A stretch of 60,737 nucleotides of DNA, from IMG/VR virus record IMGVR_UViG_3300025699_000009, positions 1 to 60,737 of that record; one strand, 5' to 3'. The notes below the pieces were generated by a model. That model had not been told where the DNA came from. It ran no database searches and worked only from the letters and a program-made list of their open reading frames with translations. Source of the DNA: a virus (Duplodnaviria > Caudoviricetes). Position 1 is the stretch's first letter. Each line of letters begins with the position of its first letter. Both the position numbers and the translations under genes were made by a program. This document shows positions 9,792 to 20,684 of the stretch, piece after piece.

Positions 9792-11897
9792 TTAGTCTAG
9801 TGGGCCATCCTCGTCTCCTGAATTGGGTCGGAAGTCTTGGATGCCCATGAAGTTCTCAATGCCCAAGTTACTAAACATCTGCGGAGTAATCTGATTGCCC
9901 TTTGCTCGTTCGCTAAGAATTGTTTCATTGATGGCTTTCCACTGCTGTGGCGTAAGCTCAGCAGGGAATACGATGCTCGTCTCGGTCACACCCGGAATCG
10001 CTACGTTTACGTATGCCAACTCCTCACGACCATACCCTACTATGTTACCCTCATTTATTACCTCGACACCATTGATGATTTGAGCGTTAGATATGCCTGC
10101 CTGCTGCAGGTAGCTAGAGAAAGCGTTACGTGTAGCAAGCCCTATATCGTTTAGACTAGCATTCTTATCAGGTTCAGGGAAGCTGTCCTCTGCAAGCATC
10201 TCCAATGAGATTGGTTCTCCATAGCCATCGTCCACTGTGTCTCGGAACGTCATTGGCTGTGGTGCGGGCGGAGGAGCCGGAGCATCAAATCCAAATGGAT
10301 TCTCTCCTGTAGTTTGACTATGTCGGCTCAATCCATCTGCTATGCCTGAAGCCTTCAACATAGCTCCTACATCAGCAGCGTTTCGGATGTCGTCAGGTAG
10401 CAATGCGCTTACGACAGACTCTACAAACAGCCCAACGTCATCACCCTTCGTGATTGGAGTACGAGGGACAGGGTTACCATTTGAATCTTTGTCGTTGATG
10501 ATTATCTGAGAGCCGTCCTCAGAGAACTCAATCGAGTGAACCTCATCATTCAAGCCTGCCAAGAAGTTACCTGCAGCTTGGAACTCCTCATATACAGCAT
10601 CGTTGTACGCACGAAGCTCTTCGTCGGTTGCGTTTTCTCGACCTTTAGGGAAGTAATCGCTTTCAGGGATAGAGGTACCCCACAACTTAGCAAGGTTAGT
10701 GATAGCTTGTTGTGCTTGCTTTTTAGCGGTTCCCGAACTTCGCTCACCCGGTGTCTGCGGTCGTCTATCTTTCCGCTCATAGCCCTCCTCCTTGTAGTCG
10801 AGCTTCGACTTAATGTTGGTCTCTACCACGTCACGCGCAGCCTGAAGCTGAGCATCGCGATTTTCCATCATTGCATCGTACTGCTCCACCGTCATCGGCG
10901 GCTTGTCTCCCCCCGTCAACTGCTCCTTAAGCTGCGCCTCTTGCTCAAGACTAAATAGAGGCACCGTTGCACCCGAAGACTCTTGCATAGGGTTAGGAAC
11001 CATCAGGATTAGGTTGGGGTCTTCTGCCGCAGCCAAAGGGTCATTCGTAAAGTCGAACATATCCCCCGTATTTGGATTCATACCAAGGGAGTTGGTAAGC
11101 AACGACGTTACGTTGAACGGGTCAGCCACCTGACTGCTAACAGCATCGTCAATGGCTTGAACGATATCAGGATTCTCTAAAGGATTTTCTCGCTCTTTTA
11201 CCGTGCCATCCATAATGGCATCGATGCGTGTACCGAGCTGCTGAGCAATAGGGTCAGTTGCCGCGTTTACATTGTAGGTATCGTACTTAACATTCAGCCT
11301 GTTGCGAAGCTCGTTGACAGGAGCATACGCATCAGGGTTTTTAATCATCTCCCCGGTTTTAGGGTCAAGCTTTCCAAGCATAACCTTTCCGTCGGTAGGA
11401 TTAATCCACAGGCGAGAGCTGCTGAAGTTGCCCAAACCACGGGTGCTGTTCATCAGGTACTCTTCTAACGCTTGAGCTTGCGGTAACCCTGTCTCAGGGT
11501 CAACCTCCATGCGAGCCTGTAGCTCGGCATACTTGGTGTTAAACTCCTTACCAAATTCAAATGCCTCTGTAGTGCCTTGGTTGAGATTCGCGCGGATATT
11601 CGTGTAGTCCCTCATCTTGAGCTGACCCGACTTGAGCAGCCGCTCTACCTGCAACGCATACTCAGAGGTGTCTGAAGCGAACTGACTTGTCCATTCGTTG
11701 AACCCCTGATGGTCTCCAAGTGGTGGTTTGTTGATATAGTCATTGAACTCACCTATCTGTTGGTCAATAGTAGCTTTCTTCTCCTGCCGCACACGGGCTT
11801 CCTCGTTGACAACATCAGATAGCTGCCGCCCAACCTCATTCCAATTGATTTGAGATTCAGCACTCCGCTCAGCAAATTTGTAAAAAGTTTTAGCCAT
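9792..11897 (-). CDS. Internal virion/ejection protein (701 aa)
   Basis: Long ORF between the small ejection-like protein and the giant protein, the usual podovirus order. Confidence 0.7.
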   Translation of the reverse strand: MAKTFYKFAERSAESQINWNEVGRQLSDVVNEEARVRQEKKATIDQQIGEFNDYINKPPLGDHQGFNEWTSQFASDTSEYALQVERLLKSGQLKMRDYTNIRANLNQGTTEAFEFGKEFNTKYAELQARMEVDPETGLPQAQALEEYLMNSTRGLGNFSSSRLWINPTDGKVMLGKLDPKTGEMIKNPDAYAPVNELRNRLNVKYDTYNVNAATDPIAQQLGTRIDAIMDGTVKERENPLENPDIVQAIDDAVSSQVADPFNVTSLLTNSLGMNPNTGDMFDFTNDPLAAAEDPNLILMVPNPMQESSGATVPLFSLEQEAQLKEQLTGGDKPPMTVEQYDAMMENRDAQLQAARDVVETNIKSKLDYKEEGYERKDRRPQTPGERSSGTAKKQAQQAITNLAKLWGTSIPESDYFPKGRENATDEELRAYNDAVYEEFQAAGNFLAGLNDEVHSIEFSEDGSQIIINDKDSNGNPVPRTPITKGDDVGLFVESVVSALLPDDIRNAADVGAMLKASGIADGLSRHSQTTGENPFGFDAPAPPPAPQPMTFRDTVDDGYGEPISLEMLAEDSFPEPDKNASLNDIGLATRNAFSSYLQQAGISNAQIINGVEVINEGNIVGYGREELAYVNVAIPGVTETSIVFPAELTPQQWKAINETILSERAKGNQITPQMFSNLGIENFMGIQDFRPNSGDEDGPLD

Positions 11898-11907
11898 GTC
11901 AATAATA

Positions 11908-12747
11908 TTATTGTCCCATTAAAGAGCTGTATTGACTCATATAGCTAGGGTCAAACAAAATTTGATTCCTTTGACCGGGAGTAAGGCCACGTTTAAACTG
12001 TCGAAAATCTCGTCCGCTCATGTCACCTACAGCAGAAAAATTACCTCCTGTAGGTGCTCCAAATGAACCAAAATCTATTACGCCATTTCTGCTTTGAAGC
12101 CCGGCAGGGTTCGCGGTAAACCCTGTGGATGTACCAAATTTAGCAGCTTGATTAGCATCAAACTGTAGCCCCGCCATTGCCTGCTGCTGCATCTTATTGC
12201 TTTGCGAGTAAAGAGGAATAGCGGAAGCACCTGCCGCTACAGCATCGATACCGCTTTGAACCATTGCGGCCTTTGCTGCTGCTGCTTGCTCATCATACAT
12301 AGCTGCTGCCTCTTGCGCGCCTTCCGCTTCTTGCAAATCAATCTGCGTTTTAACGTCACGCAAGCGGCTGTCTTCATTTCGAATATCCATATCAAGCTGT
12401 TGGAGTTCTTGTCCTAAGCCCACGCGCTGCCCTTCAGCCATCTGATTTTGAGCCATCTGAATACGCCCTACCTGAGCGATACCTCGCGCTCCTGCCTCCT
12501 GAGCGGCCTGCACCGAAGCAGCTCCCTGTGAAAGCGAAGCCTCAATTGCCATAGTGTAGGGGTCTGTGCTGATGGTTCGACCTTCTTGAAAGTTAACATC
12601 AAGCTTGGAGCGAGCTTCATTCATAGCCTTTTGAGCAGCTTGCTCAGCTTGTGCTGCTTTTTTCTCAGCCTTCTTTTTTTGAGCTGCGGAAATACCCATG
12701 GTTGTCAGGGCAATTCCTGCGTTGATTCCTGCTACTATTCCTGACAT
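11908..12747 (-). CDS. Small ejection (pilot-like) protein (279 aa)
   Basis: Hydrophobic Ala/Gly-rich N-terminus, Gln/Ala coiled coil, position in the module. Confidence 0.65.
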   Translation of the reverse strand: MSGIVAGINAGIALTTMGISAAQKKKAEKKAAQAEQAAQKAMNEARSKLDVNFQEGRTISTDPYTMAIEASLSQGAASVQAAQEAGARGIAQVGRIQMAQNQMAEGQRVGLGQELQQLDMDIRNEDSRLRDVKTQIDLQEAEGAQEAAAMYDEQAAAAKAAMVQSGIDAVAAGASAIPLYSQSNKMQQQAMAGLQFDANQAAKFGTSTGFTANPAGLQSRNGVIDFGSFGAPTGGNFSAVGDMSGRDFRQFKRGLTPGQRNQILFDPSYMSQYSSLMGQ

Positions 12748-13262
12748 AATACTTGTTGTTTAAAGATGATGTGCTCAGGCAACTCCCGATAGTCGAGGGT
12801 ATAAACTGCCTTCTCAGCTTCCTCTATCGTCTCCGCATCTGTTCTATACACGCAGGCCCAAACACAATCCTCGTGCATATAAGCGACTCGCTGTGTACCC
12901 GTCTCGGTAAAGACGGTTTGCGGAGCCTTAATGTGTTTCACTTGTCCGTCGTCCATCAGCAAGGACATACTGCCCTGAAGAAAGAACGAAGGGTGGTTTT
13001 GCTTGTGGATAAAGCTAACCACTAAAGACCCTTGAGGCATAAACACCTCGCGGGTATACAATCCATTATCGATATGATGCTTCGTAGGAAACTCCGTCTG
13101 CATCTCTTCTGTGTTGTGTAGAACCACTCCCGCTACCTGCTTTAGCTCGTCATGAAAACGCGAAATATCTTCCCACAAAAGACCTCTCTCTTTGTAGACG
13201 TTGTATAGCAACGCATCAGGCGTTACGTTAGGTTGGGCTAGTATGGTTTGAATCTCACTCAC
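12735..13262 (-). CDS. Cupin-fold protein (175 aa)
   Basis: HHIDNGLYTREVFMPQGSLVVSFIHKQNH...GTQRVAYMHEDCVW pattern typical of phage cupin-like proteins. Confidence 0.7.
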   Translation of the reverse strand: MSEIQTILAQPNVTPDALLYNVYKERGLLWEDISRFHDELKQVAGVVLHNTEEMQTEFPTKHHIDNGLYTREVFMPQGSLVVSFIHKQNHPSFFLQGSMSLLMDDGQVKHIKAPQTVFTETGTQRVAYMHEDCVWACVYRTDAETIEEAEKAVYTLDYRELPEHIIFKQQVLCQE

Positions 13263-13267
13263 AAATT

Positions 13268-13275
13268 CAAAGATA
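13268..13275 (-). promoter_or_regulatory. Bacteroidota -7 promoter box TATCTTTG
   Basis: TAnnTTTG consensus 5 nt upstream of the GTG start at 13262. Confidence 0.6.
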
Positions 13276-13281
13276 ATCGGT

Positions 13282-14121
13282 TCACGGGAATGATTTCATT
13301 ACTTCTGATTTTACCACAAATAATTCGACGTGGGTAGTCAGAGAATTAGTTAGGGTAAGCTCGCCATAGTGACCAAGGATGCCCTTGGATTCTGCTACAG
13401 CATTCTTGACAAACATAATGTAAACGATGTTTGCAGATGGAGCCGTTCCACCATTGACAGTGTCAACTGTAAACACAATGTTGTTGATACCATTAGCTAG
13501 GTCAATATTGATTGCATCCACATAGCCACCATACACAGGCGTAAGGGTGTTGGGGAACACTACAGGCACTCCCCAATAGACAGCATCGCCGACACTCAGG
13601 ATGCTGCCAATGCTTACGGTATTATCAAAGTTCAATGTAACCGTAGTGCCAACCGTATTAGTCGTCACGGTATTGCCTATGCCATTGACCGAGCGCAAAG
13701 GATATTCTTGTGCTGCGGTAGCAGGTGTTGTTCCTGCGTTTCTCACGAATGAGAACCAATCCGATTCCTTTTCGGCAAAGTAGCCGCTGTCAATAAAGCC
13801 CGTAGTCTGCAGGTCACTCGTCAATGTAGCACCCCATGGTTCGTTTCCTTCGAGCTGTATCGTCTTGAAGATTTTATTTACCGTAGGGTCTTGATTCAAT
13901 ATGGTCGTAACTCGCGACGAATAAGCCACGCCGTAATACTCGTTGCGCGTGGCATTGGTATTATGACGATAGATGGTTCCGCCCTTAAACGTATAGAGAT
14001 ACTGATTCATATGTTGTATGTACTCAGGCTCATACGAGTAGAACGAGGGCCACCCTTGGTATCCGGGGCTAAACGTCAGCGTATAGTTTTGGTTAAATAC
14101 AGGCATGATTATTATGGGCAA
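13282..14121 (-). CDS. Tail stabilisation/muzzle C-terminal-like protein (279 aa)
   Basis: YTLTFS..GWPSFYSY.PE....NQYLYTFKGG.IYRHN and KIFKTIQLEG motifs resemble the C-terminal part of crAss-like tail stabilisation proteins. Confidence 0.6.
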   Translation of the reverse strand: MPIIIMPVFNQNYTLTFSPGYQGWPSFYSYEPEYIQHMNQYLYTFKGGTIYRHNTNATRNEYYGVAYSSRVTTILNQDPTVNKIFKTIQLEGNEPWGATLTSDLQTTGFIDSGYFAEKESDWFSFVRNAGTTPATAAQEYPLRSVNGIGNTVTTNTVGTTVTLNFDNTVSIGSILSVGDAVYWGVPVVFPNTLTPVYGGYVDAINIDLANGINNIVFTVDTVNGGTAPSANIVYIMFVKNAVAESKGILGHYGELTLTNSLTTHVELFVVKSEVMKSFP

Positions 14122-15068
14122 AGGAATGTATTGGTTATTACCCCATTTGTGACGTTAACAACATACTTCTCATCTGCAGGTAAAACTGTGCTTGGGTGCA
14201 TCACGTACTGTCCGTCCGGCTTTGGGTTCTGCCCTAGATTGTCGCCAAACAAAAAGTCTCCTTGACTTGGTGTAGTCACACCTGAACTAGGAGCAAGCAA
14301 ATAGGTAGGAAGAGGGAACACAACAGAGTTGTTACAGTTAAATCCTACACTCGTGCTGAGGTATCGGTATGCCTCCGGTATGACTTGAGGGCACGTAACC
14401 GAAAGGCTGTAGGTACAGCTTGTGTCTAACGAGGTCACGGCTATGTAGATAGACATACTGCCCGTAGTGCTCTTTGAAACAGGAAGAACTAATGTTCCGG
14501 GGTTTGCACCTAAGCTTAAGCTTGCAGTCGTTATGAGGTAGGCAGAAAAATTACCTGTATTCGACCATATGCCGTCATAGTATTCTCTATCGACTATGTT
14601 TGTCCAAGGGGAGCCTGCAAGAAGACCAAAGTCATTTGCGCTATTTCCCAAGAAGAAAGGCCCGGCACCAACACGAGTATGCTGATACGGGGAAACCGGA
14701 TTGCCCCAAGTGTTGGGGAGAACTCCCGGAGAAGAGCTACTCACCTGAATACCAACAGGGACATTGTTAGGGGTAAAGCGCACGAGAGCTACCCCGGTGT
14801 CTTGCCCTGTCGTAAACTCATAGTAGTCCGTACTTACCGTGCCTGTAGGTCGCGTAATTGTTGTCGGTGCTCCTGAAGGGTCACTGCACGTTTCACTGCA
14901 ATCACAATCTACCGCAGGGCCACTAGAAAAAAATCCATTGGTAGCGTAGCGCACTCCCGAACTATCCTTGTACCAACCCGTAGCAGCAGGGGTGCCATTA
15001 GGGTTAAGCACAGTAGTAGAAAGTGCTACTGTTTCTCCGTCAAGTATGTAGTTTGATATAGTTCCCAT
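14112..15068 (-). CDS. Tail-associated protein, Ser/Thr/Gly-rich (318 aa)
   Basis: Beta-rich composition within the tail module. Confidence 0.55.
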   Translation of the reverse strand: MGTISNYILDGETVALSTTVLNPNGTPAATGWYKDSSGVRYATNGFFSSGPAVDCDCSETCSDPSGAPTTITRPTGTVSTDYYEFTTGQDTGVALVRFTPNNVPVGIQVSSSSPGVLPNTWGNPVSPYQHTRVGAGPFFLGNSANDFGLLAGSPWTNIVDREYYDGIWSNTGNFSAYLITTASLSLGANPGTLVLPVSKSTTGSMSIYIAVTSLDTSCTYSLSVTCPQVIPEAYRYLSTSVGFNCNNSVVFPLPTYLLAPSSGVTTPSQGDFLFGDNLGQNPKPDGQYVMHPSTVLPADEKYVVNVTNGVITNTFLCP

Positions 15069-15077
15069 TGATTTAAA

Positions 15078-18000
15078 TTATGCACAGCAATCACACTCAA
15101 TAACAGATTGAGTAACTGCGCTTGCATCGCCCTGTGTAACTACAACCGTATTTCCATCTACGCATACCTCAGTAGTACCAAAGGAAGCCAAGCTTACGGT
15201 TACAATAGTACGAGAACAGCTCGTGTATTGGAACGTAATCTGAGAGTTGCCCGTATTCTGAACCCTGATAGTGCTTCCCGACCCCGCCGCGCAAGAACAG
15301 TTGCAGCAAGCATCAGCTTCAGAGGTTGCAGAGTAGCAGAGGTTTACAATGTTTGGAACACGGTAGTCCCATATCAGGTAAAGGTAGCTGTACGTGTTAA
15401 GATTAGCAGGCGCAGTAAAGTTCCCAACGATTGGTTGAGTAGCTGTCTGCGTAGGTGAAAAGACAGTAGAATTATTGACAAGGGCTTGAATGAACGTAGA
15501 GTTAGGCGGATACAAATCGTTGCTTGCCAACCATCGAAACTTGTTGTTGGTATTCCAAACAAGAGTGTCGGTAGACGTTTGGTTAGAACCTACGTTAACA
15601 GTAGAACCATCAGTTGGTGTAGCGCCAATTCCTTGAACTCCGCTAACAACCTGATAGTCAGAAAGGAATCCGCCGCTCAGAAGACCTGCTAGGTAGGTAA
15701 CGGTCACAGGGTTTTCAGCAGTTGGCGAAACATACGTCCCTTCTGTAAAGCCGTATTGGTTAGTAATCGTTTTGTTTTGGTCGCCGTCACTATTTAAGGT
15801 TACCAAAATCACCTCAATAGGTTGCTCTGCCGGACAGGATACAGTTAGGTTGACGTTAGTAGCAGCACCATCAGAAGAAATAATTACTTCTGATTCAGTA
15901 TTCGTAACGCCGGAACTAACGATAAACGAGCCTGAAGCCGTGTAGGGGCCATAGTCTGTACCGTCTACGTTGAAGGTAATAGCACTAGGGCTAGGGCTAG
16001 GAAGGAAGAACGAATACGTAACAACACCAACCCCTGTTCCAAAAGCAACAGAGAAGGTAGATGATGAACCGCTTGACACCAAGAAGTTACGATTCAGTCC
16101 GCATTCAGAGGCTTCTTCGATAGCGGGCAGCAACGTGGTTTTATTAGCCAATACATACTCGTTCATGTATGGGTCAAAGCCTCCAAGCTTCTGCGTATTA
16201 AAGTTCGCAAGGAACATATCCCTAAACCAAGAACGCATCCCTTGCTCTGAAGCAACCGCAAGCTGCTCTTGAGCACTGCTTCCTCGCAAATTAATTACTG
16301 CGCCACGCTTAGCATCTGTAAAGAAAGAATCGGGGCCATAGCGAACAAAGCTTTCAGGGTTGTTGCTGATTCCATATTCTTCCACCCTTGCAATCTGAGT
16401 TCCTAATACTTCAGGAATCGAAGCAACTGCTCCGCCACCTGTAGAATCCGAAAGCAAGTTTTTGCCTGTGAGGACGTAAGAAATTTTATCCTCCTGCAAA
16501 CACAAGATATCTGTCTCGCGCCCAAACAAAACCTCAATCGGGCCAAACGATTCCTCTACAGCCTTGAAGTTTACAAGGCTAAGGTTGAACTCGTTTAGCT
16601 TGTTAACATTCGTTTCGTTGTTGTAGATGCCGCTGTAGGTAATATCTGATTTACGGTCAGCTTCTCGAAAGTCCTGCGCACTGACAGAGGTAACACGGTT
16701 GCCCAAGGTCAAAGCTCGACCCGCTAAAGAATCTCTAATTTTGTAGCTCTCGATACCGTTACCAAAAGAGTAGCAGTTAAAAAACTCGGTGTCCACTACG
16801 CCCGCTGTACCTGTAGAAATATTTTGGTTAGTAACATTTCCGCTGTGATTTCCGTTGGCATCAATGGCATAAGAAGCTGAGCTTTCATACCATATATCTG
16901 CTGCTGCATCAATTGGCTCAGTTTCAAACACAACTAAATCATCAGACCGAATAACTGTCCACGTTACTTCCGCTTTAGAACGTCTTTTGTTGTTGCTTCC
17001 ACAAGCCGGAGTAGGAATGCATACAAACCTGATTTCGTTAGTACCACCAATTGTGTTTTTGTACCAACGATACCACAGCACATCGCTTTCGACGTATGCG
17101 CTTCCACCGTAATCGTTATTTGGGCTACTTGCCGTAACAGGATTGTACACGTGAACAAAGTCAGGGCCATTGCCTCCGATTGTAGCAGTACCATCATCTA
17201 ACGAGTATTGGATGCCGTCGCCGTTGAACCAATCAATGATGTCAGCGTAATCAGCACTAGCCGTAAAGGTTTTTTCAATCTCGTAAATCCTTCGGCCACA
17301 GGTACTTGCATCGCCGTCGCCCCGTCCTAAACGAGTAAAGACAAACTTGTATTTAATCCTACTACCTGCAGGAATATCAAATGTTTGGTAGTTGCCACTA
17401 GCATCGGGTTGACCGCTCAGACCTGTGTAAGCCAAGGTAGGTGCTTCGCCGTCGTCTTCACTGATTCTTGTTTGGGTACCCGGATTAATTATGGCATCTG
17501 CAGCGAGACTAGCATTAAAACCTTCTACCTTTATTTTTAGATAGACACCTTGTGGCACCACAAAAGTGTCGTCAGAATCCAAGATAAAGTCCTGTTGCTC
17601 TACCGTTTTATCGAGAACCGTAGCATACTCACATCGCAGAAGCGGGCCGTCTACGTCCTTTTTTACAATCAACCTAGTTCCCTCTTGTGCTTTAGCTGCA
17701 TTCTCTCCTTCTACCAAAAAGAAATGGTGAGCCGTAGCGGGGTCGTAGAAGTAGAGGCTAGAGTAGATAGTGTCATAGGTATCGGCATCAGCCTTGATAG
17801 CAAACTTGTAACGTGTAGCAAAGTATGGAGCTACCTGTGAAGGAGGAATAGTTACGCGAATTTTGTTCGTGTTAGGCGAGTCACCACACGCAAAAAAAGC
17901 TGTGTTATTATTGCTTGTCAGCACCGTGGTTGAACGGCTAAACTTATCCATGTATATAATGCCCACCTGATACCCTCGGTTGCTGTGAAGGCTCTGTGTG

Positions 18001-19757
18001 TTTTCTTCTCTTTGGAAGGTTACATCTAAGACACCTATACTCAGGTATTCATAAACCCCAATCGTGGGTCCTGATGTGTTATTAACGTAACGCATAGCAG
18101 GGAAGGTGAAGCTAACCGTATCTTGACCCGAAGTATGGCCTATTTCAACAGGCTCTGCTGCGGCATCAATACCACTGAGATATTTGTATACAGGGGTAGG
18201 CACCCCTCCTACCAATTCAGCTAACAGATTGCAGTTAAACACATCGGTCAATGTGGTTCCTGCGCAGTAATTATCAGAGCTAGGGAGCGGAAAGGGTATT
18301 TGAATGTTACTTGCGGTTCCCACAAAGCTTGCAAACGAAGGTGACTGAACCATTTCGGTAACCGACGAATAGCTTTGAGTCAGGATATATGTCCATACTA
18401 TTTCTGCTCCCGCCGTCTGCTGTGCGGGGTTAGTAGTCATGCCGTCATCACCAAACGAGTCATGATTAAACCGCAGCTCCAATGTAAAGCTAGTGCCCGC
18501 ATCCAAACGGCCACTAACAGCACTGAAGTCTACATTTAACTTTGCGTTCGGAATATTGACTACTTGAGGCCCGTAGCTATATTCCGCAGACTCTAGGGTA
18601 GTTGGCAGGTCTGTAAAGCCTATCTCTCCCCTTAACTCAGAAGTTTGATAATCAAGGTAAACGGGATTCCCGTTTGAATCTTTTACGTCCCACCCTTCAG
18701 TGTAGTTACCATACATAAGGCGATTGCCCATGGTGGTCTGCGCCTTTGCTACCAAAGGAACGTTATCGTACAAGCGCAAAATTTCCGTGTCAGGAAGCAC
18801 GGTGTATATCTTGCTGTTCGTAAACGAATAGTTGTAGGTAGTGTTGTCCGAATAGCTTTCTTCTGCCTTGTTAAGCTTTTCAATTACTCGGATAGTATTG
18901 GTCGCCATATCCTTGAACAGCAGGTCAATTCCTTTTACCAAGGAGTTCCCTGAATTAAACGAGATATTGCAGTGGTTATTGTAGTTAACCATACCTGCAT
19001 TGAGATACGAAGTATCGTCCAATGAAAAGGCAAGGGGAGTAAACGCAGGCTTCGACCAACTAGAGGTAGCAGAATATTCATTCTCAGCGTATCGATAGCG
19101 GTAAGCAAAACAGATAAACCTTTCCTCCAAATAATTTTCTTCACCCGAAATCAGTGAAGGCGTAATGCCGGGTGCGACAATAGGGGGAGCTTTGATAACC
19201 AAGATGTCATCATACGTAATAGGGTCGTCCACATACGTTGATGTATTTGGTTGGGGGTAGGATTTTTTGACGTTAATCCTACGAGGAGGATTGTAGTTAT
19301 CGGTAAAAAACAACAGGTCATCTACAAGGTCTACCCCGTTGACAAGATACCTTTCGCTAAAATTCAAGGTAGTGTTTACCCCTCCTCCGTCATCACAGCT
19401 AACGAGATGGTAGGTGGTGGAACCCGTCAGGGCGTTGTAAGAAATAACGGCATCTATCTTGCCTGTCGAGCTTTGCGTAAAGCCTGAAGGTTGATGCACA
19501 AACCAATAGATGGTTTCCTCGGCACCGTCCTCATAAGCCCCTATGCAGATAGCGTTAGAACCAAACGCAATGTTATTGAACTCTAGGTCAACAAGCTTAG
19601 TGTTTCCGTCAGAATTTTCAATGCTTCCAATGTCGCTTATTGAGTTAGAACCCAAGCGAATATTCAACGCATCAAGGTATTCTCCTTCAGGAATGATACG
19701 CTTATCAAGGGCTTTATTCATTCGCCCCTTTAGAAAATTCTGTACTGTAGTAGCCAT
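15078..19757 (-). CDS. Tail stabilisation (muzzle) protein (1559 aa)
   Basis: N-terminal FLKGRMNKALDKRIIPEGEYLDALNIR and later YSGIYN..TNVNKLNEF, GISNNPESF, FFTDAKRGAVI motifs. Confidence 0.8.
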   Translation of the reverse strand: MATTVQNFLKGRMNKALDKRIIPEGEYLDALNIRLGSNSISDIGSIENSDGNTKLVDLEFNNIAFGSNAICIGAYEDGAEETIYWFVHQPSGFTQSSTGKIDAVISYNALTGSTTYHLVSCDDGGGVNTTLNFSERYLVNGVDLVDDLLFFTDNYNPPRRINVKKSYPQPNTSTYVDDPITYDDILVIKAPPIVAPGITPSLISGEENYLEERFICFAYRYRYAENEYSATSSWSKPAFTPLAFSLDDTSYLNAGMVNYNNHCNISFNSGNSLVKGIDLLFKDMATNTIRVIEKLNKAEESYSDNTTYNYSFTNSKIYTVLPDTEILRLYDNVPLVAKAQTTMGNRLMYGNYTEGWDVKDSNGNPVYLDYQTSELRGEIGFTDLPTTLESAEYSYGPQVVNIPNAKLNVDFSAVSGRLDAGTSFTLELRFNHDSFGDDGMTTNPAQQTAGAEIVWTYILTQSYSSVTEMVQSPSFASFVGTASNIQIPFPLPSSDNYCAGTTLTDVFNCNLLAELVGGVPTPVYKYLSGIDAAAEPVEIGHTSGQDTVSFTFPAMRYVNNTSGPTIGVYEYLSIGVLDVTFQREENTQSLHSNRGYQVGIIYMDKFSRSTTVLTSNNNTAFFACGDSPNTNKIRVTIPPSQVAPYFATRYKFAIKADADTYDTIYSSLYFYDPATAHHFFLVEGENAAKAQEGTRLIVKKDVDGPLLRCEYATVLDKTVEQQDFILDSDDTFVVPQGVYLKIKVEGFNASLAADAIINPGTQTRISEDDGEAPTLAYTGLSGQPDASGNYQTFDIPAGSRIKYKFVFTRLGRGDGDASTCGRRIYEIEKTFTASADYADIIDWFNGDGIQYSLDDGTATIGGNGPDFVHVYNPVTASSPNNDYGGSAYVESDVLWYRWYKNTIGGTNEIRFVCIPTPACGSNNKRRSKAEVTWTVIRSDDLVVFETEPIDAAADIWYESSASYAIDANGNHSGNVTNQNISTGTAGVVDTEFFNCYSFGNGIESYKIRDSLAGRALTLGNRVTSVSAQDFREADRKSDITYSGIYNNETNVNKLNEFNLSLVNFKAVEESFGPIEVLFGRETDILCLQEDKISYVLTGKNLLSDSTGGGAVASIPEVLGTQIARVEEYGISNNPESFVRYGPDSFFTDAKRGAVINLRGSSAQEQLAVASEQGMRSWFRDMFLANFNTQKLGGFDPYMNEYVLANKTTLLPAIEEASECGLNRNFLVSSGSSSTFSVAFGTGVGVVTYSFFLPSPSPSAITFNVDGTDYGPYTASGSFIVSSGVTNTESEVIISSDGAATNVNLTVSCPAEQPIEVILVTLNSDGDQNKTITNQYGFTEGTYVSPTAENPVTVTYLAGLLSGGFLSDYQVVSGVQGIGATPTDGSTVNVGSNQTSTDTLVWNTNNKFRWLASNDLYPPNSTFIQALVNNSTVFSPTQTATQPIVGNFTAPANLNTYSYLYLIWDYRVPNIVNLCYSATSEADACCNCSCAAGSGSTIRVQNTGNSQITFQYTSCSRTIVTVSLASFGTTEVCVDGNTVVVTQGDASAVTQSVIECDCCA

Positions 19758-20684
19758 TTACTTTATCCACTTGTCCTGCCCGCGCAGGTTCATTAGAAGC
19801 TTACCGGGGTCAATATTACTCATCCGAATCTTGGCGTTTCGCAACAAAGCCGCTTTCTTTTTTCTTGCTCGGTTCACTACGTATTCCTGAACACCAAATT
19901 TAGCATCAAGAATAGCGTACTGAATGTAAGCGTAGATGTATTCTTCAAACAACTTGTTGAGGCTGATATTTGCATTGACACCATTCTCCATTCCATCCGA
20001 AACGTACTCAAGGATAGCAAGCTCTCCGCTCATATCCGAGCTAAAGTTAATTACGCCTGCTTTCTTGTTTATGCTAAACGTAGGGTTAGCGTTAGCCGTT
20101 TCAGTATTGAGGCCATATCGTGCGCCAATCTGATAATCAAACCACCACCCGCCATCTACATTATACCCCTCCATCCCATTGAACTGAGGGTTGTTTTGGT
20201 TCAGGTAGATGCTCTTCTTGGTGTTTGTAATTCGCTGATAGTCAATATCAGAATACTCAGGTCGAGCAATGTTGCCATCGATGTCAAATAAGATGCGGCA
20301 GTCGTTGTCCTGCAGGTACGCATCGCTCCAATTGGTCTGAATATTTTCGCTCATAGGGCGAAGAACACCGTCCTTATACAAGGATATCCGAACCCAATTG
20401 ACATAGTCTTGAGGCAAAACGTAGCGCAGGGTGTTGCACACGCTTAGTTCGAGGATTTTAATTTCCTTCAACGCATCGTAGTTTAACTCTTGAATACCGC
20501 GCTTGGCGTGAAACAGTACTTTATACCGCTCCTCATTGTTTACCAACGAGTGATTCCCATTGTACATCAACAGGAAGTTGGTTACAATATCCTGCAAGCT
20601 GACGTATTGGTACGACCCCCAATTAGCATTTTGAGGTTCGGTGCCCCCATTCTCATAATATTGATAGTCAGTAATGTAAGGCAT
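19758..20684 (-). CDS. Tail tubular/ring protein (308 aa)
   Basis: FHAKRGIQELNYD, LPQDYVNWVRIS and ILEYVSDG motifs; adjacent to the muzzle gene. Confidence 0.75.
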   Translation of the reverse strand: MPYITDYQYYENGGTEPQNANWGSYQYVSLQDIVTNFLLMYNGNHSLVNNEERYKVLFHAKRGIQELNYDALKEIKILELSVCNTLRYVLPQDYVNWVRISLYKDGVLRPMSENIQTNWSDAYLQDNDCRILFDIDGNIARPEYSDIDYQRITNTKKSIYLNQNNPQFNGMEGYNVDGGWWFDYQIGARYGLNTETANANPTFSINKKAGVINFSSDMSGELAILEYVSDGMENGVNANISLNKLFEEYIYAYIQYAILDAKFGVQEYVVNRARKKKAALLRNAKIRMSNIDPGKLLMNLRGQDKWIK

